Shown here: positions 39,524 through 53,078 of the stretch, piece by piece
How positions within the stretch are numbered: the stretch's first letter is position 1
How the letters are laid out: the number at the start of each line of letters is the position of its first letter
From: Callorhinchus milii
Lineage: Eukaryota
Length of the DNA stretch: 64,000 nt
Assembly: GCF_018977255.1 (NCBI RefSeq)
Contig: NW_024704742.1
Location: 24,740,001-24,804,000, forward strand
Direction: 5' to 3'
Translations under genes and position numbers: made by a program
The notes under the pieces: model-generated
The model's database searches: none
What the model was told of the DNA's origin: nothing
What the model saw: the letters and a program-made list of their open reading frames with translations, nothing else

Positions 39524-42150
39524 CTATATCTGGATTTCTTCTTCTATTTTCTGCTCATGTACAGATGCTTTTATGGCATGTGAAGCCAATCCTGCAGCTG
39601 AAACAAAACGAGACACTGAAGGAGTCTGCGTAGCTAGTATGGAAATAGATGGAGAAAAACTTGGTGCCATAGCTGAAGGAATAATGCTTGAGCTGTCAAT
39701 AATGGGCGAATAAGAATATTTGGGGAAAGATGGATTAAATCTTATAATTGGCAATCGCGGAGGGACTGCCCTTATACCATGCTGTGCAACTGATGTTATC
39801 AATGGCGGTGGGATAATAAGAGATTTTGGTTCATTTTTCAAAGTTTGTTTTTGTAGATTCTCATCTTTCAGGTTTGCAATCTCAGTAAAGACAGAGGCTA
39901 AAGGTCGAAATCCAGGCTCCCATTTAAGCAAATAATCCCAATTATAGCTGCTTTGCAACTCTTCCTTTGCAGATACAAGGGATGTGAGAGATCCATTCAA
40001 TGACGTCTGTCCATTTAATATGAAAATAAGCTCTTTGTTAGCGTCCAGCATGACAATATTTTCCTTTATTTCTGTACTCTTCAAATTCTTTGATAAAGGT
40101 TTCTCTACAACAAAATTTGTATCACGCCCTTCTCCTCCACCTTCATCCTTAAAATTATGAATGTTTTCTGTGTTACTGAAAGTCACAGTAGTAGAATTTG
40201 TTTCAGAAGATCGACACAATAACTGGTCTGATTCCCTTGGTATCCCCGAGTCTGGCACTCTGATTACCTCATGACTTAATACAGAGCTAAAATCCCCACA
40301 GCACTGATTACAATTAATCATCTTAATCTCTTCATCTTCAACATTTTCTCCTTCAGCAGAGCCTCTTCCACTTGAATCTGAATTTCTAGGATTAAATGAT
40401 TCCTCCTTTTTAGAAATCACTCTTAAACTCAGCTGTTCTAGTGAACCGTCGAAGGGAGTCTTTCCGTCTTTATAATCACTTTTCACATCATGGTGAGCTA
40501 ATGTTGCCGCTAGGTATCGGAGGCAATTTACATTTGAAATTACATTAGTGAATGTGAAATCCTTTTTATCTTTTCTTTTGGATCTACAGATTAGTCCAGT
40601 AAGGCATGCAGAGAACAGCAGGAATATGACAAATGAAATGGTGAGGCTTACAGTAATGTTTCTACTTGGCTCATCAACCAAGACGTCCCATGATCTGGAG
40701 ACGTTAATTGCAGCAAAACTAATAGCAGATCTTGAGTGTGACACAGGACTGCTGGCTTTAATCACCAGCTCTATTACCTCTTCTCTCTTTTTGTAGCTGC
40801 CTTTAATCTTGTGAACAGCATCTGAAAGATAAACAACTCCACTTGTTTTGTTCACAGAAAAGAAAGGAGAAGGCTGAAGAAAGGAGTACTCCACAATTCC
40901 ATCTATCCCAGCATCATTATCTATAGCAGTCACTTGTCCAGCTTTATGCCCCAACTCCACATTCTCAGAGAGTGTAAAATAGTAAGATTCTTGAGTGAAA
41001 ACTGGTTCGAATTCATCAATGCCTTGAATATCCACCTGAACTGTTATAGTTGCAGTTGCGTTTCCTTTATCTTTGGCCTGGACTATAAACATGTATTTCT
41101 TTTGCTGTTCAAAATCAATAATTTCCTTTGTGTGGATGTCACCAGTCAGTGGATCAATACCAAAATTCTTCTCATCCTTTGGCATAGAGTCATTAATTGA
41201 AGGTGATGGCAGGATAGAGTAGGTTAATTGTCCAAATATGCCAGTATCATGATCTAGTGCATGAACTGCACATACTGATGTGTGGATAGGCTCATTTTCA
41301 CGTACTGTACAGTTCAAAGTAGGAAAAGCAAAGTAAGGAATATTATCATTTTCATTCAATACATCGATGTAAAGAACTGAAAAGGCCATTTTCTGATTAG
41401 TAATACCACCATCGACCGCCTGGACAGTTAATATGAATTTGGAGATCTCCTCATAGTCTAGAGGTAGCCTTGATCGTACAAAACCTGTTTTAGGATCTAT
41501 CTTAAAATGCTTTCTTTCATTTCCAGAAATGATCCTGTATGTGATATCTGCATTTACTCCCTGATCATGGTCATATGCCAACATTTCAATAAGTTTGCTT
41601 CCTAAAGGGATGCTTTCTGCAACTTCAACATGGTGCTCCAAGCTACTGAAAACTGGTGCATTATCATTGACATCAAGCACTATTATTGATATAACTGTGG
41701 TTGAATTCATTGGTGAAGTTTCTCGATCAGATGCACGGACAACTAAAGTGTAATTTTTCATAACTTCTCTATCTAGTACATTTGCTAACACCAGGTTACC
41801 TATCATCTGATAATGACTTTCTACATGACTCATTGAGTTTTCAATGTAGAATTGGTTTTGCTCATTACCTCCAATAATTGTGTAGTCAATGTAACAATTC
41901 TCACGTGCCCAATCTAGATCTGATGCTGAAACTGACAAGAGAATCACTCCAGGTGCTATGTCTTCATTAACACTGATATTATAAAGAGCTTGTGTAAACT
42001 GTGGAATATGATCGTTGATATCCTGAATGTATATCTGCGCAGAAGTAATGCTGGTCAAAGCTGGGTTCCCACCATCTCTTGCTTCTATCAGAAGCTGTAT
42101 TACAGCGTTGTCAGTTGCATAGTAAAATATCCTGTGAGTAAATATTGCAC
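39524..42150 (-). CDS. dchs2: dchs2 terminal coding exon: last cadherin repeats, transmembrane helix and cytoplasmic tail
   Basis: ttttag|GT GCA to TAG; TM ITVSLTISFVIFLLFSACLTGLIC; Dachsous motifs SDSSGRGSAEGE, YNWDYLLKWEPGFRPLASVFTEIANLKDE, PPPLITSVAQ; C-terminus EEEIQI resembles DCHS2 rather than DCHS1. Confidence 0.93.
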
Positions 42151-42595
42151 CTAAAATCCAAAACAGAAAGGAAACAAAAACATAAGTCACGTAAAATACA
42201 AAATAAATTTAATAATTAACTGGTTTATCAGCCAATATTTTATTTAACATTCTCAAATGTATCAATATTAAAGAAACTTGCATTTATAGTTTTGGTACAA
42301 TTTAGTTCAATCATCCAAGAGAAGGAAGGAATATGTTTTTATAGTGGATTATCAGACTAAAATCTCTCAAAGTGCTTTACAATAATTACTGTCAAGTTTC
42401 ATGTAGGCAAAAACAGCATTACTTTTGTGCACAATTGTCAATTTGCACATTATTCCACAAACAGCCATGAGGTGAATGACCAATTGATCTGGAGGATTGT
42501 TGGCTATGACACCAGAAGAAATTTCCTTGATTTTTAAAAATTATTATTGGATCTTTAATGTAATTTTAGTGTTCAGTCTGATTTTGTTAGCATAC

Positions 42596-42737
42596 CAGTC
42601 TCTGAGTTGATATAAAATCCCTGTGTAGCTCCCAGAAGAATCCTGTAGGAGAGTTGTCCATTTACTCCTGAATCTTTATCTGTGGCAGATACAGTCAGAA
42701 CGTAGGAATTCATCGGTGTGAGTTCAAGTAATCCAAT
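42596..42737 (-). CDS. dchs2: dchs2 coding exon (absent from ORF track)
   Basis: ttttag|ATT GGA ... ACT G|gtatg; IGLLELTPMNSYVLTVSATDKDSGVNGQLSYRIL. Confidence 0.92.
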
Positions 42738-43019
42738 CTAAAATAAGATTATTCTGTAAATATAGTTCAGTACAAACAGACCAATGCAAAGCAATGTAAA
42801 AATGTAAGTGAGCAATATAGTTACTTATGTTCCTGCAGATTAATCTGGTTGTAATTTAGGGATATAGTGATTTATAGCTGGCACTGACCACCATTCAACC
42901 TGAACTCGTCTTTTTACTTCAAATCGGAAATCATTAATTAGAATTATACTTTTTATAAAACATAAGTGTTTTATCTCTATAAATTATTATCCAGCCTTTC
43001 ATGGTTCTCTGGTAGAGTA

Positions 43020-43545
43020 ATAATAATACTTACTTTTGATATAGCGCCTTATCACAGTATCCAGATGTTTCAAGCACTTCAAAGAATATATTTTCATAAA
43101 AATAAACATCCTTGCATTTTTTATAGGGCCTTTTGTGTAAGGAAAGCATTCCAAAGCACTTCACAGCATATACTGTAAAGTGACTGTGTATTTTGTGGAC
43201 GAATGCAGCAGCCAATTTGCACATAGTGATGCCCCACAAACAGCCACGGAGTGAATGACTAATTTTTATTTGGTCATTCACTCACGGGGGGATTGTTGGT
43301 CTGCGCATCAGGAGAAATTCTCTTCTCATTTCGAATAGTGTATGTGATCTTCCCACTTAGGACAGGCAGAGGGGTCCTCAGTTTAATCTCTCATCTGAAA
43401 TACGGCACCTCCAACACTGCATCCACAACCCCAACACTGCATTGGAATGTCAGCCTGGACTATATGAGTTCCAAGTCCTGACATGGGCTTGAACCCACAA
43501 ACTTATGACTCAGAGACAAGAGAGCTACCAACTGAACCAGGTGGC
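43020..43545 (-). mobile_element. Older Deu-domain SINE (SacSINE1/AmnSINE-like)
   Basis: Minus strand: ggttcagttggtagc head, gggttcaagccc B box, gctgacattccaatgcagtg...ggaggtgccgtatttcagatgagag body, gtgcaaattggctgctgc core. Confidence 0.7.
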
Positions 43546-44128
43546 ACACAAAGTAAAATGTAAAGTAGTGTGACTATATGTGTTTGTGGGCAGGTATACA
43601 CCAATAATTGTTTCATAAATTAAAACAGTGGAAAACCTGGTTAAACTGTATAACTTGGGATAAAACTTGGATATATATTTCATTGTGGTCTTTCATTTAT
43701 GGTCTTTTATTATAATAAACTTAAAGTATTGTGATATATGGGTTACTAATGTAAAGGGCTCAGAGACGTTGTCTGGCTTGAAGGGAGTTATATAAATGCA
43801 AGTTATTGTTGTTGTTGTACTAAAGTGCACATTCACATCAGTGTTAAACAGCTGAGGCATCTCAATCTTCACCTAAATATGCTTTATAGTATACCATACA
43901 CTCATAGGTAAGTACATCATGATATTTTAAGACATATTAATTATTTTAGCAATATTAAAAATGTTAATTTAAATACAATTTATTGCACACTACATGTAAG
44001 ATAATGTACCTGTGTGGGTTGAAAAAAAGTAAGCTTGTGAATAAGCTGAAACCTGCAGTTGGTTATTGAAAATGGTAACATGAATAATGTTATGAATTTT
44101 CTTTTCAAATTATTTATAGTAGTTTTAC

Positions 44129-44415
44129 CTGATATGTGTCTTGCGAGAAGAGAGGTGGATTATCATTGACATCCACTACAACAACTTTAAGGCTTGCTTC
44201 TGTTTCATGCACAGAATCAGAAGTTCTGATCCTCAACAAATATTCAGACTGTACTTCAAAATCCAAGGGTTGAGTCAAAGTGATAACTCCAGAGTACCGA
44301 TCAATAGAAAATTTACCTCCTGGGTTACCAGCCTCAGTAAAATTGTATGAAAGAATTGTGTTTAGATCCATATCATTGGCTATTATCTGTACAACAACAT
44401 AACCAGTCGGGAGAT
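44129..44415 (-). CDS. dchs2: dchs2 coding exon
   Basis: tttcag|AT CTC ... TAT CAG|gtaaa; LDFE, DVNDNPPLF. Confidence 0.92.
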
Positions 44416-45572
44416 CTGAAAAGCACAAATAAATTAGACAAAACTCATTCCAATTATGCTAATATGTTGATAGTAAAGGCATACCATTATATTGTAAAGT
44501 AATTTAATAACATGTTGTTGAAGTAATGTATAGTGTTCTGTTGCTGCAAGTTACAAAATAGAAAATTGTGCATTTGTTGTATATCATCTCTTAACACTGG
44601 TCTAATTTTCAGATTGAGTAAAACATGTGTAACCATGTGTACAGAGTCACTACTCTCTAGTGAAGCTCTTTCACACATTCTCCTGATGTGAAAGGTGCTA
44701 TGTCAAATGATTATTATTAATAATAATTACATATGTTCTCATAACTATGCAGTTAATCCATGAAAAATGTTTTACAGAATCAACTGGAATCATTTTTATT
44801 GATAGGTACATAATTAAGAACATCTGCTATCCCCTCTTTACTTGTGTTTACACAGATAGCATAAACCGCAAATCAGACCCTCTAATAGCTGTTCTTATGC
44901 ATTTTGTCAGGAGTCTATTCCCACTCCTTTGCTGTAACATGTAAACACTAGTTAACTCTGGCAGCGATAGCTTGACAGTATTTTACTATATGCAGATACT
45001 ACCCTGGGATGGATATGTTTTATTGTTACTTCGAGACTGTGAAAGACCAAACTCATTACATTACCACTACAGAAAGAAGGGATTTCTCTCTAACAAATTG
45101 TTAGAAATGTAACTGATGCTATATTCTAATTATTTTATAGGACAAGGTAATCCTAGATTTGATATAAATTCTGAGTTTGTTTCACTGTGTTAAAATTGAG
45201 CATTGTTTAACATGATTGTGCTTTTTTAAATTTATTTTAAGTGCCTTGACAAAATAGTTTTTTTTACGCCAAAGACATTCTCCTAATAATGTATTTTACA
45301 TTCTTTCTGTATGTCCATCTAAAGTCATAAGAGTATGTGCAATTGCAATCCATTTTTGGTCCTTTTTTTTAAAATGAATGGTAATTGACTACTTTAATAT
45401 GTTCCAAACATATGTCCTCATTTGGGTATATACAAGCAGTTATATTTGTTGCTTTTAAACAATAATCATAACGACAATATTCTGCTCGCTACAGAACTGC
45501 TACATAAACATCAAATGATTACCTAAGCATTCTGCTTTTTAAAATATTTTCAATGATCAACTAGCAAAACAT

Positions 45573-45740
45573 AACACAAAATACTGCAGATGCTGGAAAT
45601 CTGAAAACTAAAACAGAAGTCGCTGGGAACACTCAGCGGTTCTGACGAAGGGTTGTGGATCCAAAACGTTGACTCACTTTCCTTTCTCCATAGATGCTGC
45701 CTGACCTGCTGAGTGTTCCCAGCAACTTCTGTTTTTGTTT
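45573..45740. mobile_element. Shortest fold-back copy, in dchs2 intron
   Basis: Same termini; CTGACGA at 45642-45648 with GAAA changed to AAAA; flanks tcaactagcaaaacat / tcaactggcaaaacat. Confidence 0.78.
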
Positions 45741-45971
45741 TCAACTGGCAAAACATTCCTGCTTCACAAAGCAAATAAAGGTTAAAAAATACACTGATTG
45801 TCACTCTGATCCGATTTACAGCGTGTACCAATAACCTCATTTTGAGACAGATGAGATTTTATTAGGATCTGCAGAATAACAAAGTCTCACGTGTAAAAGA
45901 AATTCATTATTGAACAAAATATCACCACTTTTTATGCTTCCATAAAGATCTGATATCAAAGCTTAACTTAC

Positions 45972-46102
45972 TTTCAAAAATCTTCACAGTTTTCAACGGT
46001 GGGATCGTTGGAACATTGTCATTAATATCCACAACCTGAATCAAAATAGTGGTTGTTGCTGAAAAACGTGGATTTCCTTGATCAGCTGCCTGAACAATTA
46101 AT
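45972..46102 (-). CDS. dchs2: dchs2 coding exon (absent from ORF track)
   Basis: taacag|A TTA ... GAA A|gtaag; LIVQAADQGNPRFSATTTILIQVVDINDNVP. Confidence 0.92.
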
Positions 46103-46557
46103 CTGTTAACAGAAATGGGGATATGTAAAGTTTAAACTTAATAACTGCGCACCCCAAATTTGCTAAAAAAAAACATAAAATAGAAAAATGACCAAAACCA
46201 CTATCTTACAGTGACTGAATAAGTCAAGTTCCGTAATTGTGATTTAGGATTGTTGAATTTGGGGGGATCGTATTCTAGGTTCAAGTGGCACTTAGGTTTT
46301 CTTAGTCACGGTATTAACTGTGGCATTTGTTTGGCATTGTATTACTGCTAAAACATTATGAAACAAATAACTCAAGAACCATGGCTGGTAGGAAAAAGAA
46401 AAGACTTTAAAAATTGTACTTTAAGAACATATCATTTATTTTTGGTTGTAAAATATGCAGTAATTTTACTCATGTTAGCGGCAATTGGGAATGGAATGGA
46501 GGACTGGAATTGCCAAGTGCTGAGAAGAGTGAGGATGAAGCTTTCAAGAGCAGAGTG

Positions 46558-47020
46558 TAAAACAACAACAAAATTAAATTTGTGTAGCGCATTTCACATC
46601 AGGACGACGTCCCAGGGTCCTGGACAATCAGTGTTTCAAACCCAAGCTGGGGATCGGGATCAGGGAGGGTGGAGGGAAGGGGGAAGGAGGGTGATTGAAG
46701 GCACGGTCGAAGAGGAGGGTCTTGAGATAGGTCTTGAAGGAGGCAAGGGAGGGGGCGAGGCGGAGTGACTGCGGGATGGAGTTCCAGAGGGTGGGGGCAG
46801 AGTGGCTGAAGGCCCACCCGCCAATATTGGGGCAGGCGAGGCGGGGGACGTTATGTATGCCGGAGCCCGCTGAGCAGAGGAAGTGGGCAGGTTGGTAGGG
46901 GTTAGGTCACAAAGCTAGGTGGGAGCAAGACCATGGAGGGCTTTGAAGGTGAGAATGAGGGTTCTGTACATGATTCTCTGAGGGATGGGAAGCCATTGGA
47001 GTCGGGTGAGAATGGGAGGG
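46558..47020 (-). mobile_element. L2 LINE 3' fragment in dchs2 intron
   Basis: LQWLPIPQRIMYRTLILTFKALHGLAPT; closely similar to copies at 4377 and 20410. Confidence 0.88.
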
Positions 47021-47758
47021 ATTACAGATGCCTTTGGTATGTAATTAACAAACCATGATTCTGTATCCTTTACACATATTAATGCAGAATTGAGGGCACA
47101 GCCCACAAATTACATCCTATGTAGTTTAATTTAAAAGTACTGGATCCAGTCACTTTTAGACTTGATTGCTGATGTGAAACCCAATTCACATCTTCATTAA
47201 CTTGAGCGGAAGAGCAAGGCATTTTACCGTTAACATCTGACTAATATGATCAGTTAAAAAATCCTCATTAGAAATGCTGAAATGTTACACGGGATTTTCT
47301 CTGTAAGTGTAAGGTCTCATTGTGAAGTGAATGGAAACAGATATATAGAGAGGCACTATTTGTGAATGGTCAAGTGTGGTCTTTACTCCATTATACTTAC
47401 TATATTCAATCAGTTCAGAAAGCAAAAATTACAGAATAAATCTTTCACTTTGCTTATTCTTTAGAAACAAATTAACTTTATTTAACTGTAGCTTGTGAAA
47501 TTTCCTTCTGGCTATATCTTATGAACAAACCAAATTTCAATACAGATGGAGTTCAATATTTCGCTCCATGAATTAATTTGGAAAAAATTTCCCCAAATCC
47601 ATACATTTTTCCATAAATTATACAAAATTGCCAATACCATGGGATTGAGAGTTTCCAATCAAACGTTAAACGTCATCTATCTATTTCGAAATCCTAACAA
47701 ACAATGTTAGCTATTTGCATGTGTTATAATTTAAGATAGCATAAGAACAAATACAAAC

Positions 47759-47910
47759 CTGTAGGAGGAAATTATTTCTCGATCCAGAATAGCATTAGTG
47801 GCAAGAATTCCACGGGCAGAATCAATGATAAAAGCCTGATTTTGGTTTCCTGATATTATGGAATATTCAATTTGACCATTGAGCCCACTGTCAGCATCAG
47901 AAGCAAAAAT
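47759..47910 (-). CDS. dchs2: dchs2 coding exon (absent from ORF track)
   Basis: taacag|ATT ... TAC AG|gtttg; IFASDADSGLNGQIEYSIISGNQNQAFIIDSARGILATNAILDRE. Confidence 0.92.
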
Positions 47911-48295
47911 CTGTTAAAAGTGCACAATCATTTAGCATGCATTTGATTAACTTTGTGGATAGGCATTTTTCACTGGCTGAATATTTTCAGTGAAGGTCAA
48001 AAGCTACACCTAAATCCTCCCTTTTTCAATTTGTACTCATGGGTAACCATTTGTTGCGACACTCTTCATTACTCCATTCATTAGACTCTCTGCTTAATTT
48101 TACCCGAATTCCTTGTACCAAGCTGCATCAGACTAGCCTCACAGCTTGTCCATAGCAGCAAATTGGCTTTGGCTAGGATCCATTACAAGCCATACCCTCC
48201 TCAATACTGTGGAGAGATCCAACAATCAATTAACAACTAATGTGGACTGGTTTGGGTGGACGTGGGGCATTGTGAGGGGGAGGGGAGGCATTTAC

Positions 48296-48507
48296 CTGCA
48301 TGACGTACGTATTGTAGATCTGTCCTTCCCATACAGATGTTCTGTAATGGCTTTGTTCAAATTGTGGTTGATTATCATTTACATCTTGGAGAATAATTGT
48401 TAGTCTGCTGTGTGCTGTATGATGATTATTTTCTGCCAATAAAACTAGGTGAACTTTGGTTCTAACTTCAAAATCCCAAAATTTAGAACCTTTTGCAACA
48501 ATCTCAC
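48296..48507 (-). CDS. dchs2: dchs2 coding exon
   Basis: ttacag|GT GAG ... ATG CAG|gtaaa; WDFE, DVNDNQPQF. Confidence 0.92.
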
Positions 48508-49171
48508 CTGTAAAGAATGAGACGAGATGGCAATACATTCAGGCACATACTGCCACACAAAATAAGGCATTAGCTATAAATAGCTGCGGCAAAATAGTAT
48601 TCTGCAACTAGTGTCCAAGAGTTTTAATCTGGAACTATGTTCCTAAATTCTTATGCTTTAATTACATGAATATTATTGGATGACGGAGGATTTGCTGCTT
48701 ACAGAATTTGCATTACAGAATATTACCAACCTCTTGGTGCAGAATGATTTTAAGATATGATTTTGTGTTCAGAACAATACATTTTCAAATTCATGTTAAA
48801 ACATGCCAATAACATTTCCCTTGATAGCCCAGAAATCTAATATAAATTGTGCGAGCAGAAAAATGGCAAGTGTGACTTAATCTTTACATAGGATCCTTTT
48901 TCTTCAATGAACAACAAGAAGAATCAAAAGAGCAGATAATAATTCTGTTTGAATGACAAGCAAAGTTGTTTTGAACAGTTTAAATTTTGACCAAATATAT
49001 GAACCTTGTCCTGGCCAAAACGAGAATCAGACCAGGTTCTTGAGCAAAGTTTAATCCCACTTTTGTTGATTGGGAGTGGAAGTGTCTGGGCCACAGAGGG
49101 AGAAATCCGAAAAGTGTGTATTGTCCTCTACTGTAATTTGTACATAAATAACTGTTCTTTCAATCACTTAC

Positions 49172-49285
49172 CAGTATTTGAACCTATGCTGAATGCTCCA
49201 TTTTCATTCCCTTTAAAAATGCTGTATCTGATTCGAGATGCATTATTGCTGTAGTCTTGAGCTGCAACTCTCAGTACTGAGGTTC
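49172..49285 (-). CDS. dchs2: dchs2 coding exon (absent from ORF track)
   Basis: attcag|GA ACC ... ACT G|gtaag; TSVLRVAAQDYSNNASRIRYSIFKGNENGAFSIGSNT. Confidence 0.9.
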
Positions 49286-49392
49286 CTGAATAATAAATGA
49301 ACATTTACTTTGACAAAATAGGTTTTGTAGAACAATTTTGCAATCTATGTCAAATCCTGAGGCTCTTAATTCTCATATACTGAGCTTTAGTG

Positions 49393-49730
49393 GAGTTCTG
49401 TAGCTCAGTGGCTGGGTTCGATTCCCAGCAGGGCGAAATGTTGTGCAAGTTTCCTTACTCCACACGCCTCTGTTTACCTAGCAGTAAATAGGAACCTGGT
49501 TGTTAGTCGATTGACAGATCGCTTTTCCGGAGACAATAATTCCTTCAAAAAAAATAATAATAATAAATTGGTCACTTCAATCCATGACTGTTTGTGGGAC
49601 ACTGCTGTGAGCGATTAGCTGCCGCGTTTCGCCCACAAAATATACACTTTACAGTATATTTTGTGAAGCGCTTTGAGACGTCTCGAAGACGTGATAAGGC
49701 GCTATATCAAATGCGAGGATTACTATTATT
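49393..49730 (+). mobile_element. SINE, longer variant, in dchs2 intron
   Basis: ctgtagctcagtgg/gggttcgattccc head with internal deletion, extra ctgtttacctagcagtaaataggaacc segment, L2-type tail. Confidence 0.87.
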
Positions 49731-50161
49731 TAAGCTTGAGCCTTAGAAGGTATTTGCCAACAAAATACAGTTACTACGTTTTCCAAATTACGACTAAATC
49801 TGAAGAATTTTTGCACAATCTTAAAGGCTTTTTGCACTGTGAAGTTTCTTAAACTGTTCCGAGACCTGAAAATTTACCCAATCTTAGTCTTCAAAATGAA
49901 TATGCACTCATATAGAGCATTATCATATCGAAATGTGTCAAATTAGTGACAATTTCAGTAAGCCTGCTAGGCAAATGCAGCAGTAATTTGCATCAGGAAA
50001 TTCACATAAATACCAATAAGGTGATTAATTAATTTATCTAGAGAATTGTTATGTCAGGACATAGGAAATCAAGTATGACAAGTGTCATGGGATATTTACA
50101 AAAATATAATATTTTGATTGATGCAATGCAGACAACACAATGGTCAAAATGGTTTGCTCAC

Positions 50162-51022
50162 CTGGCCTGATGTTTTCAGCAATCGTTACTTCATACATGT
50201 CATGAGTGAACCAAATTCCTTTTTCCTCTCCTTGTAGATATATCACCACAAGTCCAGTTGATGATCGAGTAGGAACACCCTCATCTCTTGCAACTACATA
50301 TAAAAGGTTTGTACTAAAATGAACATGGGGCAGTGAAGTCTTCAAGTAGATTTCACCAGAGTTGCTGTTGATGGCAAATACTGAATTAGATTCCAAAATC
50401 TGGAAAATAACAGTGCCATTTGGTCCTAGATCCTTATCATCAGCTCTCACAGTGGTGATGGTAAGATTTACCATAGTGTTTAAGGTGACATTGGCAATAA
50501 CTGGGTTTTGTACAAAAACAGGAAAATTGTCATTTACATCTTCAATATGTATTATTACATTAACAGTGGTACTTTTTGGATTTTGAATGCTGTTATCACT
50601 TGCAACTGCCCTGAAGACATATTGTGATTTTGTCTCTCTATCTAATTCCCCCGTTGTTACTAGGAGACCAGTGCTACTGTTAATAGTAAACATTCCAGAA
50701 GTATCATCAATTATAGAGTATATAATGTCACCATTAGAACCATCATCCTTGTCAACAGCTATCAACTGAAGTACACTGGATCCAACAGGAAGATCCTCCT
50801 TCACAGAAGTACGATAATGGCTTCTTTCAAATATGGGACTGTTGTCATTTTCATCTAGAACAATAATCCATAGCTTTGCAGTGCAAGTCTGTTGTGGGCT
50901 ACCAAGGTCCCGAGCCTCAATTATCAGGGAAATATTACTGAATTCTTCTCGGTCAAGTCCCCTAGTTGTAGAAAGTTCTCCAGAAATAGCATCAAATCTG
51001 AAAACGTCAGTGAGATTTCCAC
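50162..51022 (-). CDS. dchs2: dchs2 coding exon
   Basis: tgtaag|GT GGA AAT ... CCA G|gtgag; open frame extends 5' of the ORF-track start (LDREEF, DENDNSP, DVNDNFP). Confidence 0.92.
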
Positions 51023-51181
51023 CTTACAGACAAAACACAATGGAGACTTTGTTAAGCAACACTGCTTTCCTCGTGATTTACTGAATAAATTTATCCAAGC
51101 TTTTTCAATATGGCAAAACATTGTTGTTTGATTCACCACATAAGTTTTAAAAAATAATCTTAATTAGAATGCTCAACTTAC

Positions 51182-51391
51182 CAAGAATTTGATATATAAC
51201 CAGTCCATTTTCCCCAGCATCCTTGTCCATAGCCATAGCTGTATAGATAACCGCTGGTTCCTGATTTTCTGGTATACGCAACTCATGTACAGGAAATATG
51301 AATTCAGGGTGGTTGTCATTTTCATCCACAACAGTCACCATGATTGTAGTTGTAGCAGACAGAGATGGGACCCCATTATCTCGCACTAAAA
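51182..51391 (-). CDS. dchs2: dchs2 coding exon
   Basis: aatag|TT TTA GTG ... CTT G|gtaag; VRDNGVPSLS, DENDNHPEF; a second in-frame acceptor lies 6 nt downstream. Confidence 0.88.
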
Positions 51392-51824
51392 CTATTACAC
51401 ATAATTCAAGAAAATGCCGCCAATCATTTTCGTACAAAATTTTAGTTAGTTGACAATAAACGTAACAGCAAAAATCTTTTGAAATAATCAAACTCTCCAA
51501 TATTTTAATATCTCATTTATAAATATACTAATAGTTTTTCCTATTTGCGTTATGTATCCTACTCGCGAAGGAAGTTTCTCAAAGTGTCCTAGTTAACAAT
51601 TTGAGACGTTTTGATAGTGTGGTATCAAATGAGAAGATTATTAAATGCAAATGTTATGATTATAACAGGAAAGTGATTCACCTCAGGAAGAGAAAAATAC
51701 ATTTTTTTCTAATAAAGTTAAATGAACATTATTGTCGGGGTATATATGAAATAAGTATCTACGATGGGTTTGAATTGGACAAATCCATATAACTATAAAA
51801 TAGTGTGAGTGAGGAGATTCCTAC

Positions 51825-51959
51825 CTTTTATACTAATGTTCTCTTGCAGTTCTCTATCCAGCATTTGTATTGTATGGACCTCACCAATTTGTGAGTTCAT
51901 TTTGAATAAATCATATCCAGCACTTGGTAAAATCTCATAAGTAAGGGCAGCATTTATAC
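51825..51959 (-). CDS. dchs2: dchs2 coding exon
   Basis: ttccag|GT ATA ... AAA G|gtagg; INAALTYEIL...LDRE. Confidence 0.92.
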
Positions 51960-52735
51960 CTGGAAATAAAATGTAAAAAACATTAACTGAGAACATCGCA
52001 CAATTTATGGATATATTTTTCTAAATGTTGCAATCATCCCACCTAAATAGTATTAAGTGCTCCAAGATGAGACCCGCGTCTTTAAAGAGTGCAATATATA
52101 AATGGAAGTTGTATTATTTTAAAGAAATGACTAGAGCTACATGAAGATAATACAGATGACCCCGTTATCATGAGGTGGCCTGGTCTATAACCTTAGACTC
52201 CCATGTTAAAACGAAACACGAAAAATGGCCGACTTTCGGCCATCAGGTTGTTGCTGACACCACTTGTTTGTAATTGATGTTTGCCTATTATGCAAAAGCA
52301 CCGCTGACATTATTGTGCAAGGAAATCGTGCAATGTGCAGAAAGTGACATTAATGATGCTTCCTACACATTACTGGTTGGCATTCCATATAGCGACTCTG
52401 ACAATGTGTGGTCCACTAATTCCCACAAAAGATCAACAATACCTATGTTACTAAAAGTCATGTTGACCAGAATTTCACCTCTTTGGTATTTTGTAAACAA
52501 AAAGTATAATAACCGTATAAAATTGAGAAGTTAATATTTATACTTAATACTGCATGCAGATAAGGCCTAAAAAGAACTTGATTTGGCCTTTGTAACTGGC
52601 TGATAATTGCTTAGGGAAAATTCCAAATCTTCAATCCTATCTTGTAGTAAGAAGATTTAAAGTTGATTTTAATGTGAACTGCTATATAGTCACAGAAGGA
52701 AAGTATAGGAACTCGCCCCTGGAAGCAATATTTAC

Positions 52736-52975
52736 CTGAATCTCTATCAGAAGCTTCAACCTTGATAACAAACTCCCCCTGATTAAGATTTTCAGAAATC
52801 CTAACTTCATAGACAGACTGTTGAAACGCTGGTACTTCATCATTCACATCCACAATGAAAATTGTAAGCATCTGTGTCGATGATTGAGCAGGAAGTCCAT
52901 TGTCCTGCCCCAAAATTGTGAGGACATAGGATTCCTGCAATTCCCGATCTAGACATGAGGCCAAGATTAATGAAC
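52736..52975 (-). CDS. dchs2: dchs2 coding exon
   Basis: ttacag|GT TCA ... TCA G|gtaaa; LDRE, DVNDEVP; follows a 103-nt intron. Confidence 0.92.
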
Positions 52976-53078
52976 CTGTAACGAAATGCAGTCTTCCATT
53001 AGTTTTATTATAATCCATTTGAACAATAATATTGTAATGTTCGCCAAAATTCAATAACTGACAATCCAGTTTTAGTAC

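Noticed and set aside
39720..41200. Plus-strand ORFs overlapping the dchs2 last exon (also 44141, 50362, 50587, 50833, 51189)
   Set aside because: Antisense shadows of real coding exons
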